Positions 30,975 to 44,082 of a stretch of 64,000 nucleotides of DNA are shown here, piece after piece. Within the stretch, counting starts at the first letter, position 1, and each line of letters begins with the position of its first letter. The DNA lies in the NCBI RefSeq assembly GCF_000150275.1, contig NW_002060957.1, forward strand, positions 1,042,445 through 1,106,444, written 5' to 3'. The DNA comes from Trichoplax adhaerens (taxonomy: Eukaryota > Animalia > Placozoa). A model generated the notes under the pieces. The model had not been told where the DNA came from. It did not search any database and was given only the letters and a program-made list of their open reading frames with translations. Position numbers and translations under genes: made by a program.

Positions 30975-31643
30975 TGACATTACGATGAACTATGAAGAAA
31001 TTGGCTATTTTTAAAACTCCGATTCATCCAGCTATGCTATTTTACTCATAGTTGCTTTAAAGAATTTACTAAAAATACTAGCTCTTTCTATAGATCAGAT
31101 ACATACTACACGCATTTTTTATTTAAGAAACGACTGTATCTGCGTTCAAATAATCCCTAAATTGATTAAGCAACCACTGAAATAAAGTGTATTACTGTTT
31201 TCTTCACTATACGTATTCGCTTTTATCTGGAAGGCCGTTCTGAGGCTTTATTGCAGCTTGGCAATAGCCCTTAAGATGTAATTAAATTTAAAATTTTACT
31301 CCTTTTTATGCTATTTATACATTTCTAAGCTGGCTTCTAGCGAAGTGCAAGCACCCCAAGGAATGTGACTTTTAGCTCTAAAATAACGAGACCAGCTGCT
31401 CTATCGACATTAGCAACGTTTTTTACATAAAAGTATTTTTTATTTTATTTAATGTTAATATGACAGAATTTATATGCAAATCGCTTTACAAAAGCATTTG
31501 TGTCGTTATAAAGGGTTTACGTAATACAGCAATTGAAATACAGTAAAAACAAAATTTCTGTAGCTACGTAAGCCACATAGGCAAAGGATTAAAGTACAAT
31601 GGCATCAAAATAGTACAAGACTAGAGTCTATTCTTTCAATGCT

Positions 31644-34600
31644 TTACTTTTTTTTTTTCTTCTTTTCGCTGGAAACCTATAGAATAACAAGGGTAATTAT
31701 TGAGTTAATTAGATTGCTGCTAGTCACTTATCCGAGATAATGAAACGGTCATACAGATAGTAATTATCCCTCACTTTTTCCGATGATTCTGCATCTTTCT
31801 TGGCCTTTTTTGTCTTTTTCTTAGCAGACCCCTACAGAAAGCAAGGGACTCGTTATTATTCATTCCTCATTAACAATTATCACTAAAAGTATTTAAATAC
31901 TATATACCGCATCTGGAGATATAGGAGTATCAGATTCCTTTTTCGCCTTTTTCTTTTTCTTATCTGAGCTAACGATCTAAGCAAAGAGGAACGTAATAAA
32001 TTACCAAAGTGCATCGCTATGTATCGTTGACAAACGTTAAGGAAGGCATATACGTATTCAGAAAAATTGGTTTTATACCATTTCAGGTTCTTCTACTATA
32101 CTGGCAGTTTTCGATTTATCCTTTTTCTAATTAATATTTTCAATATAATGGAAAAGCCATTGAGAATACTGCAAACCGATATAAGGATAATGTTCTACCG
32201 ACTTTGTGTTATATTGAAAGACACATACCTTATCCTTCTTCTTTTGCTTTTGTTCCGTTGGGGTCTACAAATAAAAAGATTACAAATTAAATACCGAGAA
32301 TTTTACATATACGCGTACGTAAGTTAATGCACCTTCCAAAAACTACTATGTTATTTTGTAATTAGTAAAGTTTAAAACTGATGCATCGGAAAATATTACA
32401 ATATAGTACCTCAACATTCATAGATTCTTCTTCTTTAGCTTTCTTGTCTTTCTTCTTCTTCTCTTTGACTGGAGTCTAATAAATAGACAACGTAAAATAG
32501 TTAAATACTTGCGATGTAATTAAGCCAACAAGCATTACGTCCAATAAGCATCTATCTTTCTACCGTTAATGTTTACAATGTAGGATATCAGTTATCAAGT
32601 ACTCGTAATACCTGAAAACTTTCTGAAGCAGCTGCTTCACTGGAGCTTTTCGCTTTCTTTTCTTCAGACTATTGGAGAAAGATCGTAATTAATGAACAAG
32701 CTCTACAATGAATATCAGGGATACTATATCACACTAGAATTATCGCTACATTTCTAACCCAGTTAGCCTAACTCTAACCCTAGCTTCAGCTTAATATTTA
32801 GAATTTATATAAGGTCTAAAGGTTGCAGCAATAACATACACTATCGTATATTGCTGTCTTAACTGAATGCAAATATTGTGTCCTAGAGTTTAAGAGCAAA
32901 TGAAGAAACATCGTGATTACGTTTAAATAACCTTAGCTGAGGCAGCTCCAGATTTATCTAATTTTGCCTTCTTCTTTTTCTTCTTTGGGGTTTCTTCTAA
33001 AACTTCTATCAGCTTCTTTTTCTCACTAATGCTTTCTACGCAATCGGATCAATACAAAGTTGTTACTAAATTTTCTCAATCTCAGAAAACGAGTACTATA
33101 TAACAGAAACAAGTAAAATAACTTTACCATTAGCTTCCGCAATGACGGAAGTATCTTCCTCACGTTTACGTTTTTTACCAACAACGAAATCAGTATCAGG
33201 ATTATAAGTGCGGACTTGACTATTATGAAATGAAATCATATTAAGTTTCTGCAAGACAAATTCATGACTAGATCTAACATTGCTATCTCCGAAATGAAAT
33301 TAGATGGCAGTCATGGTAGCTTACCTCTGATTAGTATACTTGTCAAATTTGGCGCTGCTTTTGGCACTACCACTAATTTTCTTCATCTAACATTACCCAA
33401 TAAATGATAGTCAGTACAACTAATTTTACAGGATAAGAACAAAGACGTAATTAACGTTGCATACATGGCCTTCTTCTAAACTCTTTAGGCGTATCTCAAG
33501 TTTTGCTCTTCCATCAATTCCAACATCAGTATTTGATTCTTCGCCTAGTGCATCGACTCGAGCAGCTAGTGAAGTTTTAGCAGCCAGCATACGTGATATC
33601 TACAAATAGTTTTTTTAGAGTAAATTGCGTAAGTAATTATTGCTTCGTAAAAGTTTCAATGGGTTTTATTACAAGATACATTAACGGCGTACCTTTCCTT
33701 TATTCTTAGGATTAGACTGACCAACTAGTGAAGCATGATAAATAAGACCATATTTTGGTGTGTCATGTTTGGTTTTTAAAGCTCTAATTTTGATCAATAA
33801 ATTGGAATAAGTAAAAATGTTATTGAGGTTCACTACGTATTAACTGTAAAAATTAACCGAAATAGTGCTTTTTCGGCGCCAAGAATTTGCACAGTTGAGG
33901 CTGGATATTTAGCAAGATTGAGCAAGGAACCTACAAGAGATTACAGAAGAAACTTTTAGTCAGTAAATGACCACAGCACCATTTCTACTCATTCATAATT
34001 ACTATACCAGCATGTGCAATTAATCTTGCTCCCACCAACTCGCCAACTAATAGTGTTAAATTAGGAGCAATAGCGGTCATGCGATTCTTAATATATTCGT
34101 ACAGTTCTGTACGATAATTACTGACTTCAATGACCTATGATAGAGACACAGAGCAATCCTATTTATTCTCTAATTATCTCTACATTAAAAACTTTATTTT
34201 GACATTTTACTAACCTGATTGCACAAATATTTGATGTTTTCAATATCATCTACAGATATCTATCAAAACAGAGATCATTAAGCTGAGTTAGCTTAAGCTA
34301 CATGCACTATGTTAAAAAGTACTATTTCGTAATAAGGGATGTAGTACGAATTTTGTCTACCTCTGTACCCATGGAAATTTCTGCAGCTTCTTTAATCTCA
34401 GCCTCTACTTCTTCGGGAAGAATCGATGATAAATCTGTACTCGACGTATTGTTTCTCATACCTTATAATCATAGATAAACATTTATGATCAATATTCATT
34501 AATTTATACATGTCCATATAATAAAATTGCTTAGTAATTAGCTGACATACCGATCGCATTGATTGTCTTGACAAAGACCAAGTGGTCCGATACAATTTTG

Positions 34601-36652
34601 CCCAATTCAGGGAAATGCCAACCATACCATTCACGGCAACGCATAACGTAATTGTTCAATTCTTTATCTAAATCATCTAGTAAGGCTATGGTTGGAATAC
34701 AAAAGCATTTGTAAATTACAGGTTTAGGAAAATAATATAACTTCAGAACGTCGATGAAAGTAAAGTACAGTAGTAATTTTATTACCATCTTCTAGTTATT
34801 TAGGTAGTCATTTCACTTACATATAGCTTGAACGATCATTGTGTCGACTTTGTCTGGGCTAAATTTCAACTTGTAACGTGAGAGGCTATAGTATAAATTA
34901 TAAATAGCAAATAGAGATGATTTCACTTTCAAAATGCAATATAGAAATGGATAAAATTAAGATTATGTATAAGCAAGTGGCTACCTATGAGCTAGACCAA
35001 GAGCCATAGCACTCATTTCTTTTTCCGGCAAACCTTTCATAGAATAGGTGATTAGTCAATGTTTTTTAACTATTCAGAACTATGAAATTTCTTTAGAGAA
35101 AGAAAAAGTCTTACCGGTTATCAATTCGTTCATTTGACTTCGTATTCCTCTAGTTAATTCATGTATGGCATTGTTACAAACACAAGCTATCCCAGTTTTT
35201 TCCTAAGTGCAAAATCGGGATTTGTAGTAAAACAATAACCCCCAAATTGGTTTGTAAGGAAATTAAGCTATCTAAACGATTTATAAAGTAGTAGCAAGTG
35301 AAGATGACGAAACTAACTTTGATGGCATTGCCTAATTTAGCATCAGCTACGGCAAGTTCGTCGTGTATATCTTTGGCATAGGCCTTCTTCAAGATTTTTT
35401 TCAGTTTCTTACTGACTTTACCTTCTACAACTGCCGTTGCAGCTATAATATGATTGAAAGGAAAAGAAGGCAACATTTACTCTAGCGTTCAGTCATTGTT
35501 GATTTTGGTATCTACGACTATCTATCTCACAAGATGTTGCAAAAGGAGCTATGAGCTATAAGATTGCTTATGATTGTTATTTGTATTCACCAGTAGAGTA
35601 ACTTGTGCTTAAATCATGAACAATTTACTATTTATACTCTATCTCTATGCACGTAAAACTCCAGATTTTATACAGGTGCAATGCATATTGCACAATCCAG
35701 AAGAGAATAGCGAAAGGAAAAAAATTACAAGTTGATATCATTTAATTTAAGATTGAAACTAACCAGCCAAAGCCTCAGTGGTATCTTCGAATTTCTGAAA
35801 GTGCTTTAGCTTGATGCTATCACGAGTAGAAAAATCCATTATTTGTAAGGCTATTCGATTACGGTTTGTCTGATTGACTGGCTAAAGCAAAGACTCCAAG
35901 CTAGCAAGCTAGTCTATACAGTTTATTATAACGTTGATGGTGGAAAAGGTGATGACTATCGCTACCCTTTAAGAGAGTCAGGTAAGACTTTCCAGGTAGT
36001 AAGATAATCCGTACACATTCTACTGTAGCTTTTGCTGAGAAATAGTAGCGGATTACCTGGAGAAAATAGTGCAATCTCTGTAGACACTACCTATTGTAAG
36101 ATGCACAGTGTACAAGGCATGATATTTCAACTGCATCCACTAGACTGTGGTTATTATTTTTGATTGCAGCAAGACAGTCAAATACGGCACAACTACTCAT
36201 TTCAAACGCAATGGAAAGATGTGCCTTGACTCATTGATTTCATGACATGACAGTACAGTAGTACACTGATTTATTGTATATGCAAATACAGTGATTACAA
36301 ACTAAGGTACCAATGGTGCTAGCTTGGCAAGATAATCAGCCTACAGTAGGTATTTACAATTTGTTGGCTTCATCTGGTGAAATGAATTCCTTATACAAGT
36401 TGTCAGCCTGTTGTAATTTCTTCTCATTCAAGACCTAAAAAGTTACCAAAAAAAAAATGCTATGAGCTCTTGGATGCTTGCATTGTATATTGTTCATGGA
36501 TCAGTTGGTTGCCGTAAGACTATTCTAGGCAAAACCTATGGTATCCTTCAGTCTACGTTGTGCCTATCATGCTTGAAGACAAGCCGATTGATGAAGCATT
36601 GGAGTACCTTAAAGATTGCATATCCAGACGATGTTTCAAATAGAACCAACAT
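31644..36652 (-). CDS. NOP58: Nucleolar protein 58 (box C/D snoRNP core), multi-exon
   Basis: Starts [15 protein letters not shown] at 36652. Motifs: [129 protein letters not shown], then a Lys-rich tail. The stop position depends on an A-homopolymer length. A probable non-coding first exon has its donor at ~37019. Confidence 0.96.
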
Positions 36653-37142
36653 CTTGTAGGATTACTCAATCGATTCAACTATTCAATTTACAAAGAAATG
36701 GCATTTAGTGTATCCTATTCTCATCATCGCATGGGCTAATCTCGCCCTTACTTTATCCATTTCAAATGATTGATTGGGTACTACAACGTGAACTACCTTG
36801 CAATAACGTTGGCAAAAAATGACAGATCGTCCAGTGGTTGACGACGATGACTGGCTATAGCCTGTAGGATCTTGGCTGACCTCGTTGAGTGACAAGGGTG
36901 CTCCTTCTTCCTTTAGCGATGGTTGAAGGTGTTTCTTTACTGCCAATCGTGCACGGCACTAATAATCTAGGCAGAATAACTTGTCTTTCCTTGCAGCAAG
37001 AATGGCGTGGCAGGCGTACCTAGATGGCAAAAGTCCAGAATTGGCCGATCACGGAGGTTGAAAAAGCTGCAGATTGCCAATCCAGTAAAAACAACGTGGA
37101 TGCGACGAGGACGGATGGCAGCCAGCCCTGACCCCTGGCTGC

Positions 37143-37692
37143 TACAGTACGGTACTGTAGACTACGGTGCAGACACTGTAGAGGTAGACTGTAGACTAGT
37201 ACTGTCGAGGTGACACCGTCGGACCGGTTGACGTTCATAGTAACACGTGAGCGCGTTTGACGTTGCGAGTATGACATCTAATAATTGAAGAGTATAAGTA
37301 CAGTACTGTACACTACTAAAATGTACTGTACAGTACTGTACACTGTAGGGTACTGTACTGTTCTGTATGATTGCAGTGTACAGTACAGTACTGTAGACTG
37401 TAGAGGTGATACAGTAGGACAGGTTGACGTCAGGTCTAGGTTGATCATCATAGTAACACGTGTGCGCGCTTGACGTGACGCGTGTGACAACTAATTAGAC
37501 TTGAGAAAGGTTCGGTTCGGTTTGGTTCGGTACCTGGATGATCGATATGATCGAATTGAAGTGTACAGTACAACACTAAAATATCGCGAGAAAACTGTAC
37601 TGTTCTGTATGACTGTCGTCAGCAGTATGCAACACTAAACCGAACCATGGACTGCATTCCGACTGCGGTACTGTACACTGTACACTGTACAG
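37143..37692. promoter_or_regulatory. Putative NOP58 promoter: duplicated module with E-boxes (CACGTG 37244-37249, 37457-37462), CRE (TGACGTCA 37425-37432) and TACAGTA/TACTGTA runs
   Basis: CpG-rich region 5' of the NOP58 first exon. GAGGTGA.AC.GT.GGAC.GGTTGACGT..CATAGTAACACGTG.GCGCG.TTGACGT occurs twice (~37207 and ~37403). Confidence 0.55.
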
Positions 37693-38039
37693 CCCCAACA
37701 GATCAGAGCTGGGAGATGGAGATTGGACGTACAGAAAAGATGAATCGATGCTCAAAGCAGAGTCTGCCTCCTTGCTTTCCAACCCAGGTATCGCATCGTA
37801 CTCGATACTCTATAGCTACAGATTGAAAAGGCATCGCAGCCAAAATGGACGTTGCAGGCACACTGATGCCTACAGCCAGTTGCTAGCCTGCGATATTGAT
37901 ATTGGAAATTTTTACCCAGAGTTAGTCATCATCATATTGATCTTGTTGAACGAGATCGTTGTACAGGATATCCAATGGACCCGTGCAAAATCAACCAATG
38001 TTGTCATTCTACTGTGTCGGTATTCTGATGACAAGAGTG

Positions 38040-38581
38040 TCCAACCCTAACATTCAACACAAGACAATATTCAAAATGAGCTCAAGTCATGCTGTTACTG
38101 TGTCAATATCCCAATGGCCAGAGTGGGATTAGACATGATATCTGCCGATGGATTCAACAAAGTTATCATTTACTATGTCAATATCACCAATGACCACACA
38201 ACGTTGCACATGATAGTTGTTCCAACCCTAACATTCAACACAAGACAATATTCAAAATGAGCTCAAGTCATGCTATTACTGTGTCAATATCCCAATGGCC
38301 AGAGTAGGATTAGACATGATATCTGCCGATGGATTCAACAAAGTTATCATTTACTATGTCAATATCACCGATGACCACACAACGTTGCACATGATAGTTG
38401 TTCCAACCCTAACATTCAACACAAGACAATATTCAAAATGAGCTCAAATCATGCTGTTACTGTGTCAATATCCCAATGGCCAGAGTAGGATTAGACATGA
38501 TATCTGCTGATGGATTCAACAAAGTTATCATTTACTATGTCAATATCACCGATGACCACACAACGTTGCACATGATAGTTG
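38040..38581. repeat. Tandem array, 181-bp unit x3 (each a dimer of related subunits), with diverged flanking monomers to ~39060
   Basis: Units start at 38040, 38221 and 38402 (TCCAACCCTAACATTCAACACAAGACAATATTCAAAATGAGCTCAAG...). Each holds two TTACT(G/A)TGTCAATATC..AATG.CCA...ACATGATA subrepeats. Confidence 0.95.
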
Positions 38582-39456
38582 CTAGGCGCATTTTCAAAAT
38601 GAGTTCCAGCCATGATATTACTGCGTCAAGATTCTAATGGCCGCAGCAGCATTCGACATCATGTCTACTTTCATACAGTACTAGATGAGGTCAGGATTTT
38701 GACCGCGTTGGACATGATAATAACTAGACTCATTCAAAATGAACTCTAGTCATGCTGTTACTGTATCCATCATGGCCAGAGTATTCGACATGATATCTAT
38801 TTGCTCATTAGGTTAAATTATAATTCCACTGTGATTATAATACTGAATTGAGCGCAGCGTGGGACATATCTGTTGCATTCATTCAAACTTGGCTGAAATC
38901 ATACTGTCACGGTTCACCATGAGCGTATTATAATTATTGGTTTATTAAAAATAAACTAAAGTATTGATTTTAGGTCTCCGATATCTACCAAGCTACGCAT
39001 AATTAGCTCAAGTCTTGCTACTACCGTAGCGATATATTCTTTATCAGAGCATTATACATGACAACTGCAAATATATAATCATATACACGTTGCTTGCTCT
39101 GGCCAGTCAATTGAAAGGATGACTTGCAACCAATTATAATTATTACGATTGGAGTTGAGACTTATCACCGCTATAGTACTGTAATTTCCTACCAATGATA
39201 ATTTAATGATGCTGTACAGTAAACAAATGAAGAAATGAAATTTCAATTTGAAAGCAAATTGAATCCTTCAAGCTTACTTTAACATTTGCATCACACAAAT
39301 TTGTGTCTTATTCGTGAGCATCGTTTATTACTGAGTATCAGAGCAGATCGTATAATTATCTCGATAAATCAAGGAAGATGCTGTACGATTTTGTAGATTC
39401 GTCCGTAAATTACCATTTCGCAACAAGGCTTGTGGTCGGTGGTCAACCAATACAGA

Positions 39457-41480
39457 CTAATCACTACTTGAAACTTGATCATTTTGTTCCCTATGGAACA
39501 CCTTGCATGCATTCGATTTGAACAATACAATGACGTTGCAAGGACGCACTTTGATAAAAGTAAATTAGAGACTAGGCTGTAAGACCGTTCGATTTAGTAA
39601 CATTAATTCTGATCTACTAAATTGCTTGTAAGCAGGCTATACACTTGCATTCGTAAAGTGATGGGATAAATTGAAGATCTATTAAACAAAAATATGACGT
39701 AGAATAGCAAAAAGAGTGTCATGCATACACTCACAATCTTACAAAAGTGCTTTGAATAAACATTCGCTGAAAGCAAAGTTATAGTGATGCATTTACAGTA
39801 AATCCAGTAGATGTATTGAGACGACGGGACGATCTCAATCAATTATCATTTCGCAAAGAGGAACCCGATAATTCTAATTTAACGATAACAGTTTTGTTGA
39901 TCCTTGTATCAATCGAATTTCTTCTTGACTCAGGACTTGTTCAGCGTGCTCTTGCATCCAAGCCGATACTGCTTCACTTCCGTAGTTGTTAATTAGTTCT
40001 TGTCTTTGCTGTTCGGCATTATTAACTTCTCCTTGCATTCTATAGACGAAATTCAAACATCCTATTTCATAGCTATCGTTGCATGGATATCTGGAGCAAG
40101 TAAGGCAAACTGCTACCCACTAGTCTTCCATTCTTATATTACGTAACCATGGGAAAATATCTGGTTGTAATAACTAACGTATTATCAATTATACACAGTA
40201 AAGATCGATGCAATCAAGATATTGCCCTTAAAAGTTTAAACGCGATTCATTATTTTTAGCATCTTCATCTTTCAAATAGTTTTCGGCTAACAATCAAGAA
40301 TAAAGTGTGCGGGATTGGGCACTGATTAATCTTATCTTAGGCCTACAGTCACCTCTGAGATTAGTGAAAGTCTATATTCTAGGATTAGATAGTCTTTGAA
40401 GTACCTAAGGTATTCACTTCTCATTATACAGTAATAATACTGTAACCTTATGATAGATAGTCAATACAAGTTAACATTCTACCGTAATCCAACAATGTAC
40501 CTATCTTAATAGAAATATGAGGTAACAATATTCTCACCGGTTACTTTCCGACAATGCTCTTGCCACGAATTGATTTAACCTTTCCTTGTCCAAGTTTGAC
40601 TAATCCGTAAGATTTTAAATAAAAGATATTAATATAAGGGCGTGAATTTCGTAAAATTCGGTAAATTTCGAAAACACACGGGTATAGCATACATCAGGCT
40701 GTTATGAGAAATCGTATAAATGAAATATCGAATACCACAGATTTAATTTATTTTTATGAGGTAAAACTAGCCATTTAGTTTATGTACAGTGTAAGTAATT
40801 TGAACTGCATCATGACTAAATGAATAGAAAATTGTAATGAATGGGTTTTAACTTTTTATGTCTATAGTGCGAATGTAAGTACCTCATTTCATCAGCCTAG
40901 CCATCCTCTATGATTACTTTATAAGCAACATTGATTATTCTATCTGGCTTAGTGCTTTGCTTCGTGATACTAACATACCTTGAAAACATATGACTACAGT
41001 AATTAGTTGAAATTTGCCAATTAAGAATAACTCTACTCTACCACTATCGACGTCTACGGAAAATAGCATATTTACAAACAACTTCAACATATGCAGAAGT
41101 AGAAGTACGGTACGTTACTGTCTGTGAGAAAACGTTGGGCTTTTAGCGATTCACATACACGTCTATAGCATAAGAATTGCCATAGATCATCATTAATTAA
41201 ACGTTACTACGACACAGCATAGACTAATTAATGATACTATACTATTTACGAATCAACCGGCCGCATTTCAACAGTTGAAAAATTTTTAAACATAAACAAC
41301 AAATAAATTCTGGTTATTATTGCTATCATCATAATAAAGAAGCAATAATAATATCATTTCAGCGATGGATCCAAGAACGAACAAATAACTACCAATATAC
41401 AATATACTATAATGGCTGTATCTTCAAATAACTAATCAATCAGTCCAATTTCTAACCCATACCTCATCGGAGTTGTCCAT
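39457..41480 (-). CDS. Hypothetical small protein encoded by many very short exons, divergent from TRMT10A; exact structure uncertain
   Basis: ATG exon MDNSDE|GT at 41480-41463; AG/GT-bounded pieces at 41053-41042 (TSIV), ~40589-40538 (SNLDKERLNQFVARALSESN) and ~40039-39885 (MQGEVNNAEQQRQELINNYGSEAVSAWMQEHAEQVL); candidate last exon EQNDQVSSSD*. Not all intron phases could be reconciled. Confidence 0.4.
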
Positions 41481-41699
41481 TTTGTATCGCATTTTATCGA
41501 ATCCTATCGAGGTTGCCTTGTCAACGACCTACTCGGAGTCAGTGAGTCACTGCCCAGTGTGCTCACATCTAGCGCCACTTTGGTAAGTATTAGACCATGA
41601 GCCTGGCTGTTGTTACGGTACTATGACTGTAACAGGACCATCAAGCACTAGTATTTCACTACAAATAATCTGTGGTTTCGTAGACTACTATGGAATTTA

Positions 41700-41830
41700 T
41701 ACTGTACTGTACTGTCCGTACAGTACAGTACTGTCAGTACAGCATAGTAGTTGCTTTACATAGACGTCTGTCTGTCTGGACGTAACACGAAACCAATTGC
41801 GCAGTACAGTACTGCACAGATAGAGACTGT
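41700..41830. promoter_or_regulatory. TACAGTA/TACTGTA cluster in the bidirectional region upstream of TRMT10A
   Basis: TACTGTACTGTACTGTCCGTACAGTACAGTACTGTCAGTACAG...CAGTACAGTACTG lies ~190-310 bp 5' of the TRMT10A ATG. Confidence 0.4.
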
Positions 41831-42014
41831 AGGTAGATCTACTGCGGCAAAGTCCAGTTGGGAGGTTGGGATTTGCTTGCGAGTATCCTTGCCAGCCATT
41901 TTTGTAAACTTAAAGATCTTCTACAGCTATTAGCATCGTATACAAGAGTACTGAATGAGTTTTAGTCAAGGCTTGTAAAGTTTAAGCCGTAATTTATTTT
42001 ACGATTGGAAAAAA

Positions 42015-44082
42015 ATGTCTTGCTCTAGTCAAGCGGATGCTGATGATTCCTCTGAAAAGCAAGCCATCCAAGATACAGATCCAAAGCCACTTCAGCCATC
42101 AACTTCTCAAACTGGTCAGGAATTAACTAAAAACCAAATAAAGAAAATAGCGAGAAGGCAAAGACTGCTGGAGAAAGTAAAATCCAATAGGTAAAGTTTG
42201 ATAGCAGATTACGCACTTTACTCATGTTTGTATGCTTGCATTGCTTGCTCTCTACTGTACATTCTCGTAAAGTAATGAGAGTAGCATGCAATCGTGCTGT
42301 TCTTATAAACAAACTTAGTAATATTGAAATTCCTTTCGCCCTATCCTAGCGTAAGGAATACTGCTATTTACCGATACATCTATCCGTTTATTATATTTTA
42401 TACCTATGCACTGTATAGTATATCTGTTAATAAATAAAAAATGAAATCCAATGTGTATCATTCGTATATATTCAAAATCTTAATATGAAATAATAGATAG
42501 TAATATTTGGTATTATAGAAAGCAGGAAAGGATAAAAAGAAAAGAACGAAGACGTCTTCGCATAGCAAATGGTGGTATGTATATATATGTGTATATCCTT
42601 ACGACTGTACGAGCATATGTATCTTTAAATCTAATACAGTATAATATTTGATTTGCAAAGCAGCATCTTGAGTGATACTTGTACGTATTCAAATGTACGC
42701 TAGTTCACACGTTTGGATATAGGTTATATAGGAATTTTGTTTAAAACGTAATCTCTTGTTCAACAGATGTGCAACCTAGGGCTATCAAATCTATGAGTAG
42801 TAAATGTGCAAGCAACATTCGTGTGGCCATTGATATGAGCTTTGATCATCTAATGACGGATGGGGTTAGTCTTGGTGCAAGATGTTTATGAATACAGTAC
42901 GCGTATCATTATACTCGTCTATAATATACCATTAGTGTTTAAAAGCCTCTACAACGTTTGCTGAAATTACAGGACATTGCAAAATTACTAAAGCAGCTAC
43001 AACGTTGCTATGCTGAAAATAGACGAGCTGAACACGCTTTACAGGTAAAAATTTTTATTGCTTGTAAACCATCAACGCCCATTCTGAAAGATTCTGCAGA
43101 ATTAAATGTGAATTCTACTACGTAATATCAAAGTTACTAGCTTTGCAATGACTTATTACGGTATTTCATGTGGCTTTGGTAGTTTTATATAACCGGTTTA
43201 GGTGGTAGATCTGAGCAGAGGTTCAAAGACGCTGTTAGTGGATACGACAAATGGGATGTGAGTTATACTTTCACAGTATACTGTTTAGATACTGTTTTGT
43301 TTTATACTGGCCTAAATAACTATTATCATAGGTTTACAGAAAATCGGAGTCATTCTTAGACATATTTAAGAAGGAAGAAATAGTATATTTAACGTCGGAT
43401 TCATCCAATGTCTTAAAAGGTCTTGTGTGATAATGGTCATGCAGTTTTACTCCGATAGTATACAGTAAATGAAAATTTAGTTTTTTAATCGTACCGGTGA
43501 GTACTTAATGCACGATTTATTTGATCAACAATCATAACTTTGCCTTGTTATCATAGATCTGGATCCAAACTCTGTGTATATAATTGGAGGACTAGTTGAC
43601 CATAATTTCCATAAGGTTACCTTCTGTACTATTATAAGATAGTAAATCTACAAAATGTAACTATGTGTCGCAATTCGCTCACTGATCGATTAATTATAAA
43701 TGAATGGCATATTTATCATATAAATTCTTGCAATAAATCATGATCAATTCACCATTATATTAAATAATAACGGACTTGTATTGAATTCACATCATAAAGG
43801 GAATTTGCATGAAATTAGCTAACAAGTATGGCATTAAACATGCTCAATTACCTATAAAGAAATATATAAATTTGGCATCAAGGAGCGTCCTTTGTGTAAA
43901 TCACGGTATAGCGAAAGATATTTGCGTTTAGCTTTTTATAGTTGAACCCTAATTTTAAATGCAATCCTCATTTATCTTTTTTTATTAACGTAGTGTTTGA
44001 AATACTGCTGGCATATGCTGAATGCAAGAATTGGGCAAGCTCGCTAGAAAAAGTTATCCCACATCGGAAACGAATCAAATAG
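42015..44082 (+). CDS. TRMT10A: tRNA (guanine-9/adenine-9-N1)-methyltransferase, TRMT10A-like, 9 exons
   Basis: Spliced protein contains LTKNQIKK, RVAIDMSFDHLM, DIAKLLKQLQRCYAENRRA, IVYLTSDS, VYIIGGLVDHNFHKG, HAQLPI and VLCVNHVFEILL..W..VIPHRK (Trm10 SPOUT motifs). Confidence 0.93.

Noticed and set aside
36495-36730. C/D snoRNA candidates in NOP58 5' introns
   Set aside because: The CTGA boxes and the ATGATGA box fall in different introns, and no recognisable rRNA guide or terminal stem is present.
37007-38050. Short ORFs in the NOP58 upstream region (Y/S/T/V-rich)
   Set aside because: These are by-products of TACAGTA low-complexity and GC-rich promoter sequence, with no protein motifs.
38041-38051. 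AACCCTAAC at the start of each 181-bp unit (and TAACCC at ~32755-32780) as a telomerase template or interstitial telomere
   Set aside because: Only about 1.5 repeats with no supporting structure; compatible with chance.
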